Both the position numbers and the translations under genes were made by a program. A DNA stretch of 64,000 bases from a virus (Duplodnaviria > Caudoviricetes). Below are positions 19,641 through 29,277 of this stretch, one piece after another; position 1 is the stretch's first letter; each line of letters starts with the position of its first letter. Where the stretch lies: the IMG/VR virus record IMGVR_UViG_3300013121_000027, positions 96,001-160,000 of that record. One strand, written 5' to 3'. Below the pieces are notes generated by a model. That model was not told the origin of the DNA. It worked only from the letters and a program-made list of their open reading frames with translations, and ran no database searches.

Positions 19641-21076
19641 GTTGGATCTAACCCACCAAAATCTTCAAGTAAGGCTTTTTCATAGGCAACTACTCCATCT
19701 AAAAGGTTTGCGTCATAATTGACGTATGATTTAATTCTATCATCATATTGAAGGATTGGGGGATTACTGGCAAAAACAGTTCCGGTTATTCTATTTTTAG
19801 GAATCTGAACTTGCATGAGAGTGTCGCTTAGGGTTTCATCTCCAGTTGCATCCTTCATAGGCGTAAGGAACATTACAACAGACGACTTCTGCGTAATAGT
19901 TACTGACCCACCCATATCCGACTGGTTAATAACTTCTCGTTTTTCTTTGGTAGAGTTAATATTTTGTTGAGCTGTAAGAATGAAGGCGGCATCCATGTCC
20001 TTGGCTAACTTCTCAAGTCTTACCATGATCTGCTCAAACTCACCCCATCTTGCTTTTCCGCCAGACTTAGTGAACATGGATTGGATTGTGTCAATGACTA
20101 CAACAGTCGGCTTTTTAACACCATGTCCTAAAATGTCTCTTAGCCAATTTTCCAAATCCTCAAAGAAAAGGGTATCAGGGTCATGTCTAACCATTAAGTT
20201 ATCGCCCCATTGTGCAAGCTTATCTTTGAAAACTTTTGTTAACCATTCTTTTTTATTTTCGGGAATATCTTGCGCTTCTGCATAAACATTCGTCTTTGTG
20301 ATTTGCGTCATTAAGGTACGTTCCCAATGGGATTTGGTTTCCTCAAAGTTAATAAACAAAACCGTTTCACCCTGATCTAACCAATGATTACATAGACAAC
20401 GTATTAAGGTTGACTTACCGAATCCTGAAAGGGCAACAATTGTTGTAATAGCAGATCGTGGGATACCGCCAGTCTCAGCAGAGTACCCTAAAGCCTGATT
20501 AAGAGCGGGGAATTGGGTCGGAAGAAATGGAGGAATATCCCATAAATCATCTACCCCATCCGCAATGTCAAATGCTGTACGGACAGAAGCTAATGGATTA
20601 TAGTTTAGATCCTTTTCGAGCTCTCTAATTTGATCCGTTAATGAACCAATTTTCGCCTTGTCATCTTCATTCAGCTGACCCTTCTTTGTTATAAGAAATT
20701 TCAACTCTTGAAGCTTATCTAATTGTCGTCTTTTATTAGCCCTATAATTAGTGAGTTTAATGATTGATTCAACGGAAGATAATTCCGTACTTAAAATTTG
20801 TATAAATAGATCGTCAAGAACAACTACGCCACCTATGGCTTCTACAATCTCAGTCTCTGACTGAAGCCATGATTTAAACGCTACAGGATCAACAATGTCT
20901 GTATCTATTTGACTATGATAAGAGACCAGACTTTTATATATCTCGTGTATTCCAGTAAATCCATGAATAAATCCAACATTGATTGGATCTAATTCTTTAG
21001 AGAATTTTTGAATAGCACCTGGTATGGAGAATGAAGCAGCTAATATTTGATATTCGAAAATATCTTCACCGTGCAT
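19637..21076 (-). CDS. dnaB: DnaB-like replicative helicase
   Basis: ALSGFGKST Walker A, FINFEE, VVIDTIQ Walker B, LTAQQN, KNRI. Confidence 0.88.
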   Translation of the reverse strand: MHGEDIFEYQILAASFSIPGAIQKFSKELDPINVGFIHGFTGIHEIYKSLVSYHSQIDTDIVDPVAFKSWLQSETEIVEAIGGVVVLDDLFIQILSTELSSVESIIKLTNYRANKRRQLDKLQELKFLITKKGQLNEDDKAKIGSLTDQIRELEKDLNYNPLASVRTAFDIADGVDDLWDIPPFLPTQFPALNQALGYSAETGGIPRSAITTIVALSGFGKSTLIRCLCNHWLDQGETVLFINFEETKSHWERTLMTQITKTNVYAEAQDIPENKKEWLTKVFKDKLAQWGDNLMVRHDPDTLFFEDLENWLRDILGHGVKKPTVVVIDTIQSMFTKSGGKARWGEFEQIMVRLEKLAKDMDAAFILTAQQNINSTKEKREVINQSDMGGSVTITQKSSVVMFLTPMKDATGDETLSDTLMQVQIPKNRITGTVFASNPPILQYDDRIKSYVNYDANLLDGVVAYEKALLEDFGGLDPT

Positions 21077-21290
21077 TAGGAACTCGATTCAGATATCTAT
21101 CTATTGTGTTATCAAAGAATTCAGAAAGCGTCAGATTACTTTCTCTCGCCGCTCGCTTAATGACTTTAAATTCTTTCTTCTTTAATCTTAATCGACAAAC
21201 CTTATCGCCATTCGTCGTAATCACCTTGATCAGGATCGTATTCTGTTTCATTTTTCTGCGCTCTGGCTTTGTCATTCTGCTTCTTCTCAT
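21066..21290 (-). CDS. small basic DNA-binding protein (RHH-like)
   Basis: RLRLKKKEFKVIKRAARESNLTLSEF. Confidence 0.55.
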   Translation of the reverse strand: MRRSRMTKPERRKMKQNTILIKVITTNGDKVCRLRLKKKEFKVIKRAARESNLTLSEFFDNTIDRYLNRVPNAR

Positions 21291-21900
21291 TTCTTATTTT
21301 ACGTCTTAGCTCTCTCTTGTACGCATTTCTTTTTGCTTTGACCTCTTGATAGAGAGCGCTATTTGTGACTTTCTTTGTCTTAATTTCTTTTTGGTTAGTC
21401 TCCGAATTTTTTATTGCATTAAGAATTCGACTATAAACTATATCTTCTGCCAGATTATCATTATATCTGAAGACAACCAACGTGATTCCTTTTTCTTCAC
21501 ATAGTTGTAGCTTTCGCTCATCTCTCTCTTGAGAGCGAACAAAATCTTCATGGGTCTCATGGAAATGGACTATGTGTTTAAAGTGTTGAATGCCATGATA
21601 TTCGATTGCTAATTTATAACTTGGACAATAGATATCTATCTTCAATCTTTCCCCTATATGAAATTCGTTTACGATTTTTTCATTAGGAAGGATTTTCTGT
21701 AAGATTTTTGTTAGGGCAGTTTGCCCTCTTGACATCTTTCTCGGCTGTTGGAGAATCCAATCTAAGCCTAAAAGTTTAATTCTATGTATTAGAAACTTTT
21801 CGGATACCTTTATATCCTCAGCCATTTCTTTTAAAGAAAGTTTTGATTCAAGCAGTAATTCGATTATATGGTTATCGCAATCATCACGATCATCATACAT
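21202..21900 (-). CDS. HTH plus Vsr/DUF559-like endonuclease
   Basis: N-terminal HTH, then MSRGQ...IDIYCPSYKLAIEYHGIQH...RDERK..LC. Confidence 0.8.
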   Translation of the reverse strand: MYDDRDDCDNHIIELLLESKLSLKEMAEDIKVSEKFLIHRIKLLGLDWILQQPRKMSRGQTALTKILQKILPNEKIVNEFHIGERLKIDIYCPSYKLAIEYHGIQHFKHIVHFHETHEDFVRSQERDERKLQLCEEKGITLVVFRYNDNLAEDIVYSRILNAIKNSETNQKEIKTKKVTNSALYQEVKAKRNAYKRELRRKIRNEKKQNDKARAQKNETEYDPDQGDYDEWR

Positions 21901-21920
21901 AATAGACCCCTTACATAATA

Positions 21921-22328
21921 TTAAATATCTTCGGTTTGAAATATTACGCAGGGTAGAACAGAAGCGTAAAGTGGTGTTAAGAATTTTTCATTGATTAAAT
22001 GAATATTATTTATATATAGGTATTGAATATTCTTTCCGTGTGAGTAATGATCGCTTGCTGGGATAAAGAGACATTCTCTTTTGCCGACCAAAACACTATT
22101 AAGCTTTTCTTTAAAAGATACGTCAAAAGATGTCAACTTATCAATCAACATTTTCTTAAAAAATTCAGAAGATGTTAAATTAGGAGAAACCGCTAAGATT
22201 GTGAATTCTTTATCTAATGTTTTGTCGATTAGATGGATGACTATTGAATCGATTAAGAGATTAGTTTTTCCTGGTCTTGGTCTTATAACTGAATTTTGTC
22301 TTGGTCCAATTCTTACAATATCGCTCAT
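21921..22328 (-). CDS. degenerate terminase-ATPase-like small protein
   Basis: RPRPGKT (Walker A-like), ILAVSP, and GKNIQYLYINN at the Walker B position with no DE. Confidence 0.45.
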   Translation of the reverse strand: MSDIVRIGPRQNSVIRPRPGKTNLLIDSIVIHLIDKTLDKEFTILAVSPNLTSSEFFKKMLIDKLTSFDVSFKEKLNSVLVGKRECLFIPASDHYSHGKNIQYLYINNIHLINEKFLTPLYASVLPCVIFQTEDI

Positions 22329-22329
22329 T

Positions 22330-23079
22330 TTATTTTCCATAATTCTCTTGTACATATTTTGGATAGGTCTCATCTATTTCTTGAAACTTTAACGGAAATC
22401 TATCAAATGGATCAACACCATTTTCTATTCTATACAGAATTTTCTCTTGTTCTTTAAATTCATCAAGATTATATTCTGAATGCGCAAATGATTCTATCTT
22501 AGTTTTTATTTTTTCGCAATCACTAAAAAAAGAAAAATGCCAGCCCGCATTAGGCACTCGGGGTACTTGCATAGCTCTAAGCTCTTGCGGGGTTGCGTTC
22601 ATATCATCTATAGTGACAAGTACTGGTCTTGCCCCTTGGTTGCAGTGTTGTGGGACTTTCCAATTAAAATTCCAAAAGAATTGATCTACATCCAGTTGAG
22701 TTCTAAGGCGTTTACCCGGACGACTAAAGAGCTTAATTTTTGAAGCTCTTGGTATTTCATCAACGTCACCTATTATAATGACATCTCTGCCATTAGCGCC
22801 ATGTAACCCTTGCATTATGGCATTGCGCTGAAAAGTTTCTCTCTCCCATGTAGTCATATTTCTGTGGGGAAATCCATCGAGACGCACCCGAATAATCTTA
22901 TCTTTCCATCTATCTATCCAGTTTGGGATATCGTCAAAGTAGAATGGTTTTTCTTTTCCAGTGAACGTTTCTGATGATTCTACTATTACAAAATAATCAG
23001 CTGCTGAATCCATCTCTTCGAGATGAATCCGCAATATTTCTTCTTCATTAAAATAAGTAAAGCAGTCGTAAATTTTCAT
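22330..23079 (-). CDS. glycosyltransferase family 17 (beta-1,4-GlcNAc transferase-like)
   Basis: IYDCFTYFNE..IL..L, FVIVES..TFTG.EKP, WERETFQRN, GDVDEIP, GWHFSF, KIESFAHSEYN. Confidence 0.9.
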   Translation of the reverse strand: MKIYDCFTYFNEEEILRIHLEEMDSAADYFVIVESSETFTGKEKPFYFDDIPNWIDRWKDKIIRVRLDGFPHRNMTTWERETFQRNAIMQGLHGANGRDVIIIGDVDEIPRASKIKLFSRPGKRLRTQLDVDQFFWNFNWKVPQHCNQGARPVLVTIDDMNATPQELRAMQVPRVPNAGWHFSFFSDCEKIKTKIESFAHSEYNLDEFKEQEKILYRIENGVDPFDRFPLKFQEIDETYPKYVQENYGK

Positions 23080-23570
23080 AATTCAATCTTTTGGTATACG
23101 AGAATATTTCTATCTCTTAGAAAGCTATATTGTTTCGTCTGTTTTTCTAAATCTAATCTTTGTTTAAAAATAGCGCTTAAATTTAACCCATCAAGATATG
23201 AATCTATTAAAAGAATTATCCCACCAGACTTCATTAACTCAATAATTTTTATGGTTTCTTCAAACGAATCATATCGTTCGCTAAATAATTTGGGATCATG
23301 TTCAAATGCTATGAATAATTTACAAAAATCATTTCCAAAAAAAGATTCAGTCATAGGATTCCAAAAATGTATAAACTCACTATTTATACTCAGAGCCTCA
23401 TCGCTATTTAAAACCCAAGTCTCAAGACTGTGTTTTGAATTTCGAGCAAATTCCAAGAATGGATAAGCTTTATTATAACATACGATAGAATCTTCGGGAT
23501 TAAAAACATCTCTTATTACGTGGGTAAAAAAATCCCAATTCATATGACCTCGTTTATTTTTTGCGACCAA
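23076..23570 (-). CDS. hypothetical protein, possibly a degenerate methyltransferase fold
   Basis: LMKSGGIILL resembles the post-II motif of class I methyltransferases. It lies in the glycosylation operon. Confidence 0.5.
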   Translation of the reverse strand: MVAKNKRGHMNWDFFTHVIRDVFNPEDSIVCYNKAYPFLEFARNSKHSLETWVLNSDEALSINSEFIHFWNPMTESFFGNDFCKLFIAFEHDPKLFSERYDSFEETIKIIELMKSGGIILLIDSYLDGLNLSAIFKQRLDLEKQTKQYSFLRDRNILVYQKIEL

Positions 23571-24210
23571 TCCACCATAATTGAATAGGACAACGTGGGT
23601 CGTGGTCAGCGTAGAACGGCTGTTTCATAGCTTCTTCCGGTGTATATGTACGCCCACCAAGAACAAGATCCTTATTGTTAGTATACTCCCAACCTACACG
23701 AGCTGCACTTCCCCATGTATCAAATAGTAAAGTTTGCCACATCTCATCGGGAAAAAGTACCTTATATCCATGCGGCATAATACGCCAACAATCCATAGGA
23801 CTTGGATGTACTGGATAAAGTCCGGGCGTTGCCACAATAGCTAATCCACCCGGTTTTAGCACTCTCAAAAAGGTTTCTGCAGCCAACCATGGTCTTTGTA
23901 CGTGCTCCAGAACTTGATCAGCAACAACAATATCTAAACTGTTAGATGGAACTGCATTAAGGTTTTCTGCGTCATATTGCGGATAAGTTCCAAGGATATG
24001 GTTAAGATTTTTACCTAACAAATCCTTAAACATCCAACGCATATAGGTTTGCCAACCCCCATCAGGATCACCAAACCACTCAGAGCCAAAATCTAAAACA
24101 TCATATTTACGATCTTGCCATGGATATTTGCTAAGTACCCCGTAAATCGATTCATACAAAAAATGTCTTAAATGATCTTCCTTACTCCATGTTTTAAATG
24201 TTTCTTCCAT
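23554..24210 (-). CDS. class I SAM-dependent methyltransferase
   Basis: VLDFGS, DIVVADQVLEHV..PW, RVLKPGG, P.HP.P.DCWR. Confidence 0.9.
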   Translation of the reverse strand: MEETFKTWSKEDHLRHFLYESIYGVLSKYPWQDRKYDVLDFGSEWFGDPDGGWQTYMRWMFKDLLGKNLNHILGTYPQYDAENLNAVPSNSLDIVVADQVLEHVQRPWLAAETFLRVLKPGGLAIVATPGLYPVHPSPMDCWRIMPHGYKVLFPDEMWQTLLFDTWGSAARVGWEYTNNKDLVLGGRTYTPEEAMKQPFYADHDPRCPIQLWWIGRKK

Positions 24211-24211
24211 T

Positions 24212-24985
24212 TTAAATCTTTCTTTTTGAACCTAAGAGCGGATATCTTGGTTGGGTCTGAATATATCTTGCAGTTTCCATTACTGTATCAGTGCCTAAAT
24301 GCGTGTGTTCGTTTAGTGGATTACACGCGTTATATAGATACAGGATTTCGTGTATATATCTCGCATGTTGGGGTCCAGCCATTTCTATCATCGGATACAT
24401 AAGAGCTAAATCTGGAGCCATTTGATAAAATTGTCCATCGCGTTTAAAATCTTCGACGTTAATATTATTAAAGAGCCACGTTTTATATGTTCTTAAATGC
24501 GAGAATATAAATGGATACGATCTATCGTGTCGATCATCTGGAGCCTTGCTTAAGAATCCTCGTGGATCAGCATGAGGATCTGGATTTCGCGATTCCATAT
24601 CATATGCGAATGAGCCATAGGTTATCCAAACGTCTGGATCTAAATAGGTATTATCTAATTTTTGTAATACAAGATTACCAGCTAATTCATCATCACCATC
24701 AAGATTAACTATAATTTCATCTTCATTACAAAGCTGAGCCATTTGATAGTGATTAGCTAAAACCCCTATCCTATTTCTATTTCTGCGAATAGATTTTATC
24801 TTATCCTTATTAGGATGATAATAGCATACATCATAAATAATATCCCAAGTTTTATCGCTTGATTGATCATCTACAATGATAACTTCATAATTGTCATAAA
24901 CTTGATTGAGTGCTGAGTTTATTGCTCTTGCTATATATTTTTCAGCATTAAACGTTGGAATGGTGATCACGAACTTATTAGACAT
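24212..24985 (-). CDS. glycosyltransferase family 2
   Basis: IPTFNAEKYI..AINSALNQ, IVDDQSSD, LDGDDEL, SHLRT. Confidence 0.92.
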   Translation of the reverse strand: MSNKFVITIPTFNAEKYIARAINSALNQVYDNYEVIIVDDQSSDKTWDIIYDVCYYHPNKDKIKSIRRNRNRIGVLANHYQMAQLCNEDEIIVNLDGDDELAGNLVLQKLDNTYLDPDVWITYGSFAYDMESRNPDPHADPRGFLSKAPDDRHDRSYPFIFSHLRTYKTWLFNNINVEDFKRDGQFYQMAPDLALMYPMIEMAGPQHARYIHEILYLYNACNPLNEHTHLGTDTVMETARYIQTQPRYPLLGSKRKI

Positions 24986-25652
24986 TTTTTTGCACCTTCT
25001 GTATAAGAAAGATCGCTAATCCGTTCCACCATTCGTCATAATCTCCTACTTTAAAAGCTGGGAGTTCCCATTGATGCAGGACATTTAATTTTTTATTTTG
25101 TAAAGCTTTTTTGGTGCCCTCTTGAACCTTATCCCAATTCCAATCATCTACAAGCAATAAAAATTCTTTAGTCATAACTCTTGTGCCAAGAGCAACTGCT
25201 TCATATTGGGATTCAATTTCATGATCACCATCATAAAAAAGAATATTAAAGCTATTAGCTTTAAGTGATTTTATTGCGTCTTTAAAGTCTAAATCTATAA
25301 GTTGAACTGTGCTGCCTAAAAATTTCTCACAGTTACTATTAAACTCAAGTTTTTCGACACTGCCGTCTTCGGATTCAAATGGGTGCCCAACGTTATCCCA
25401 ATGACCAGAAAAATTATCTATCGCACAAGACGGAATATTATTACCATAAAGTGCAGAAATATGCGTAGAGCCTTTCCATACTCCAACCTCTAAGAACTTT
25501 GCGTCTTGGTTAGAGCATAGATTATTTAGAAGATGCTTTATTTTTTGTGAAGACCAACCCTGGATATCTAAAACATCACTTGGTACTTTTGATTCTAATC
25601 GATTTGATTTTTCAATACAGTCATTAATATATTCAATGGTTAATAAATTCAT
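24978..25652 (-). CDS. class I SAM methyltransferase (Methyltransf_24-like)
   Basis: FLEVGVWKGST, IDNFS, FYDGDH, VDDWNW, WWNG. Confidence 0.88.
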   Translation of the reverse strand: MNLLTIEYINDCIEKSNRLESKVPSDVLDIQGWSSQKIKHLLNNLCSNQDAKFLEVGVWKGSTHISALYGNNIPSCAIDNFSGHWDNVGHPFESEDGSVEKLEFNSNCEKFLGSTVQLIDLDFKDAIKSLKANSFNILFYDGDHEIESQYEAVALGTRVMTKEFLLLVDDWNWDKVQEGTKKALQNKKLNVLHQWELPAFKVGDYDEWWNGLAIFLIQKVQKNV

Positions 25653-25658
25653 TTTTCC

Positions 25659-26690
25659 TCAGTAAGGTTTCATTAAATTGGTTTTCCAATTATATCCATT
25701 ATACCATTCACCAGTTAGATTAAACCATTTATTGATGGCTATATCGCGATCTCTCATATAGGCATTGGGATTATGTTGATGTTCCCAATGCATGTAGTCG
25801 TTTCTTAATGTCCTATGAATAAGGTACCTATTGCCTTTAATGGTTAGGATTTGTTTTCCGGAAAAGGCATCAAGCTGATCCCAATAGGATGTTGCGTCTG
25901 TGCCAATTAAATCTGGTGCTGGATTAATATTAACGCCCTCTTGTAAAGCCCAACGACGCATAAATTCCTCATCGGGTGGCCAATGCTGCATTAGGGAAAC
26001 TGGATCAGTTCCGTATGTCCATCCTTTACCTTTGAAATAAGAAGCCCACTTGTCTCTAAACTGAACGCATCCTAAATGTTCACGAGCTTTAGAAATATCA
26101 CTTCTTGGACCACCTGGATCGTTATGGAAAATACTAATGCCTGGCACTCCAGCCACTCTTAAATCAGACATACGTACGCGTAAAGCCATGTCGCATTCGT
26201 TTTGATGCATAAGCTGAGGGTCATATCCGCCAATTTCATCAAATAGACTTTTACGAATCGCCCAACACATACCTAATCCCCATTTGAGCTCGTCATAATC
26301 CTCATGGTGGATGGCTTCATTATACGAACCCGGCATTGCCATGCCTATTTCTGGACGCATTATATAATTGCGAAGGATTTGGTTCCATCCTGGAGTTTGA
26401 ATAATGCAGTCATCATCTAAATGGATCAGGCAATCACCAACGCCCGCAGCTAACCCCTGGTTTGTTCCGATAGAAAGCCCCTGGTTTGTTTCGTTACGAA
26501 TAACTTGATACTTCTCACTTAATGCAGTCAAATAATTAATCGCTTCTGGATCGGTACTTCCGTTATCTACAATGATAATCTCATATGGTGGTGCGCAAAA
26601 TTGTTCTAAAGCAGTAATGGTTTGGCGTAGAGTATTAACTCTATTCATTGCTAAAACACAAATACTCGTTCCTGTCATTAATAAATCCAT
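25659..26690 (-). CDS. glycosyltransferase family 2
   Basis: EIIIVDNGSTD, NQGLS.G.NQG, HLDDDC, IGGYD. Confidence 0.9.
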   Translation of the reverse strand: MDLLMTGTSICVLAMNRVNTLRQTITALEQFCAPPYEIIIVDNGSTDPEAINYLTALSEKYQVIRNETNQGLSIGTNQGLAAGVGDCLIHLDDDCIIQTPGWNQILRNYIMRPEIGMAMPGSYNEAIHHEDYDELKWGLGMCWAIRKSLFDEIGGYDPQLMHQNECDMALRVRMSDLRVAGVPGISIFHNDPGGPRSDISKAREHLGCVQFRDKWASYFKGKGWTYGTDPVSLMQHWPPDEEFMRRWALQEGVNINPAPDLIGTDATSYWDQLDAFSGKQILTIKGNRYLIHRTLRNDYMHWEHQHNPNAYMRDRDIAINKWFNLTGEWYNGYNWKTNLMKPY

Positions 26691-27622
26691 TCTACTAAAT
26701 CAGCTTTTAATTGTTCCTTATCCATACGCTTAGCTATAAATGAATTGTACTCCGTATAGTGTGCATTGGTTTCTGTTAAGGGCGGACTTGACGGGTTGTA
26801 AATAAAATAACCACGATCTAAATATGTACGAGACATCTCATCTGCGGTGAGTAATCCTTCGTGATGCTTTTCCCCAGGGCGCTCCCCAACAATTTCAATT
26901 TCCGAGTATCCACGCATCACTTCGGCTAATTCCCCAAGAGTGACTGATTCCATTTCTTGTGACACGATTAGACCCGGACCCACACCAGTTAAACAGTATT
27001 CGATAAGGGCGACTGCATCTTCTAACGTAAAAAAGAATCGTGTCATATCAGGATTAGTTATCGGGAGTGTGGCTCCAGCCTCTCTACGCTCTTTCCAAAA
27101 CGGAAGAACTGATCCACGAGTACCTATAACATTACCATATCTGGCTACGTTAAAAATGGTTGTTCCTTTTTTGCCTTGGCGATTACAAGCCTCTAAGAAT
27201 AATTTTTCTAATAGCGCCTTAGTATAGCCATAAGTGTTAACTGGCATGCACGCCTTATCGGTCGAAATACCGACACAGCGTTCAACAGTTTTCTCGTCTA
27301 ATACTGCGTTGACCAAATTAAGCGTTCCCATCACATTTGTAGAGACATATTCTGATGGTTGCAGTTCACTAATATTTACATATTTTAATGACGCGCCATG
27401 TATAACAATATCTATATCTCTAACGGCATCGCGAACCGCCGCATAATCTCTTATATCGCCTAATTTATAGGTATATTCGGGAAATAGTTTCTTCATGTCG
27501 TATTGCTTTTTTTCATCACGACTGAAGATAACAACGTCAGAACCTAATGTTTGAAATCGAGCTGCTAATGCATGACCGAGACTACCAGTCCCACCGGTAA
27601 TTAAAACTTTTTTATACTTCAC
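26678..27622 (-). CDS. NDP-sugar (UDP-GlcNAc) 4,6-dehydratase, PseB/CapE/FnlA-like
   Basis: LITGGTGSLG, FSRDEKKQ, STDKA, YGYTK, RYGNV.GTRGSV, ITNPDMTRF, RPGEK.HE. Confidence 0.93.
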   Translation of the reverse strand: MKYKKVLITGGTGSLGHALAARFQTLGSDVVIFSRDEKKQYDMKKLFPEYTYKLGDIRDYAAVRDAVRDIDIVIHGASLKYVNISELQPSEYVSTNVMGTLNLVNAVLDEKTVERCVGISTDKACMPVNTYGYTKALLEKLFLEACNRQGKKGTTIFNVARYGNVIGTRGSVLPFWKERREAGATLPITNPDMTRFFFTLEDAVALIEYCLTGVGPGLIVSQEMESVTLGELAEVMRGYSEIEIVGERPGEKHHEGLLTADEMSRTYLDRGYFIYNPSSPPLTETNAHYTEYNSFIAKRMDKEQLKADLVEWIY

Positions 27623-28324
27623 TTAATCCTCCCAGGGAAATTGTCTAAGAACTGGATCTGTATCCATGATTGAAATAATGTGCGCATTCGAATGAAATGC
27701 CCCACCATCTATATTCATATATCTGTCGTACTTGGCTTTCTTATCCGCATCTTTGATATAGGAGAGATGCTTCATAACTAACCCACTGTTTTGTAGGTAT
27801 TGACCGTTTCTTACCATAGCCTGAACGTAAGTCGGTTCGGATCCGCAAGCTAACTGTCTCTCTAAGAACTTTCCGCCAGGAAGATATCTAAAGAATCTTG
27901 TGCTTCCATGTGGACGCCATGCCTTATCAACTCTAAATTCTTCTTCATTCCACATGTGATAGAAGTCTATATTGATTACAGGGTAATTATCCTGATTAAC
28001 TAAATCTCTAAGTTCAAATTTAGTCTCGTATAACATCTCATCACAGTCTATAGCCAAAATAAATGCTTCCTGTGTAGGAAGAACACTTTCTAAATTCACC
28101 CATGATTGTTGGCGAATTTTTCCCTCATCGGTGCTGAAGGTTGGCTTGTCCATTTGGAAAACTTTTGCGCCAAACGACTCAGCGATATTGGGGGTATCGT
28201 CATCTGAGCAGTCGTCAGTAAAGATGATCATGTCAACTTGAGACTTAAGCCTATTTAGGACCGGCTTTAAATAGCTGTCGGCTTCGTTTCTGCCGATCAT
28301 ATTTGCGATAATTTGTCTTTTCAT
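27623..28324 (-). CDS. glycosyltransferase family 2-like
   Basis: GRNEAD, TDDCSDD and IDCDE (DxD). The start is moved to MKRQII, downstream of the terminator. Confidence 0.8.
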   Translation of the reverse strand: MKRQIIANMIGRNEADSYLKPVLNRLKSQVDMIIFTDDCSDDDTPNIAESFGAKVFQMDKPTFSTDEGKIRQQSWVNLESVLPTQEAFILAIDCDEMLYETKFELRDLVNQDNYPVINIDFYHMWNEEEFRVDKAWRPHGSTRFFRYLPGGKFLERQLACGSEPTYVQAMVRNGQYLQNSGLVMKHLSYIKDADKKAKYDRYMNIDGGAFHSNAHIISIMDTDPVLRQFPWED

Positions 28325-28339
28325 TTTATCTCCAAAAGA

Positions 28340-28376
28340 AAGAGAAAAGGGGACCCCCACCGAAGTAGGAGTCCCC
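28340..28376 (-). terminator. intrinsic terminator
   Basis: On the - strand: GGGGACTCCTAC-TTCG-GTGGGGGTCCCC followed by TTTTCTCTTT. Confidence 0.85.
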
Positions 28377-28392
28377 GATTCTTAGCCCTTAC

Positions 28393-28584
28393 TCAGACCA
28401 TCTCACCAACGAAGTAGTGAGCATCAGCAGATGAAATATTTTGAACGGTCGAAGACTCAGCAAGTACCTTAGCCTCGGGAAGTGGCTTACGTACGCTTGC
28501 AGCCGTCAACGCATTGGTCTTGTTGTTCGCACGAACAATCTTAGTAATGGTGACCTCAAAATACTTATTCTTATTTGAACTCAA
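28393..28584 (-). CDS. small basic protein in its own transcription unit
   Basis: 63 aa, flanked by a consensus promoter and a terminator. Confidence 0.7.
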   Translation of the reverse strand: MSSNKNKYFEVTITKIVRANNKTNALTAASVRKPLPEAKVLAESSTVQNISSADAHYFVGEMV

Positions 28585-28642
28585 TTTTCTATTCCTTTGT
28601 GTTTAGTAGGTATTTCTTACCTTGCATTAAGCATTCTATCTT

Positions 28643-28671
28643 GTTGTATTAGATTTTGCAACATCTATTTT
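28643..28671 (-). promoter_or_regulatory. sigma70-type promoter
   Basis: TTGCAA-17 bp-TAGAAT on the - strand. Confidence 0.7.
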
Positions 28672-28683
28672 ATTACAATTTGA

Positions 28684-29277
28684 TTACGCTACTGGAAACT
28701 TTTCCTCAACGTAATTTAATAGTCCTGTCCATCCATAGACGCGTGGGGCATCCGTTAAATGCCAGTTCCATGGTTGGTCGAATACTACCATATTATTCTC
28801 ACCGGACTTTTTATTCTTTTCGAATTGATATGGGGCATCATCAAAAAGTACATCGAACCCATACCCAAACTTATCATCACTCAATATCAAATCATTGTAC
28901 GGAAGACCAGCGACATTATTTACCCAATAATAAGTAGCTTCGTAAGCCAGCTTAGGTTGGGCTGGTGTAAATCGCGAAGTGATAAGAACTATGTGATCTT
29001 GTCGTATATGATACAAGTAATCTACGGCTTCTTTACAGCCATCATACATCTGACCTCGCCAAAACAGGTCACTATCTTTTACACCTGCTGCTACAATTTG
29101 TTTATACTCGGCAAGGGAATATCCCCAATCCTCATAAAATTCCCAACGAGTTGCTGGAGGCATCTCGTCAAGGGCGCGTCCTGTAGATTCATAAATATAG
29201 AATCTTAGGGCGTCTACAAACTTGTAACAAACGCCGTCCAAGTCCAAGCCCACGCGCGCCATTATGCTACCCCCCAT
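28684..29277 (-). CDS. 5'(3')-deoxyribonucleotidase (HAD/NT5C family)
   Basis: GLDLDGV, ITSR, LFDDAP, FDQPWN. Confidence 0.88.
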   Translation of the reverse strand: MGGSIMARVGLDLDGVCYKFVDALRFYIYESTGRALDEMPPATRWEFYEDWGYSLAEYKQIVAAGVKDSDLFWRGQMYDGCKEAVDYLYHIRQDHIVLITSRFTPAQPKLAYEATYYWVNNVAGLPYNDLILSDDKFGYGFDVLFDDAPYQFEKNKKSGENNMVVFDQPWNWHLTDAPRVYGWTGLLNYVEEKFPVA

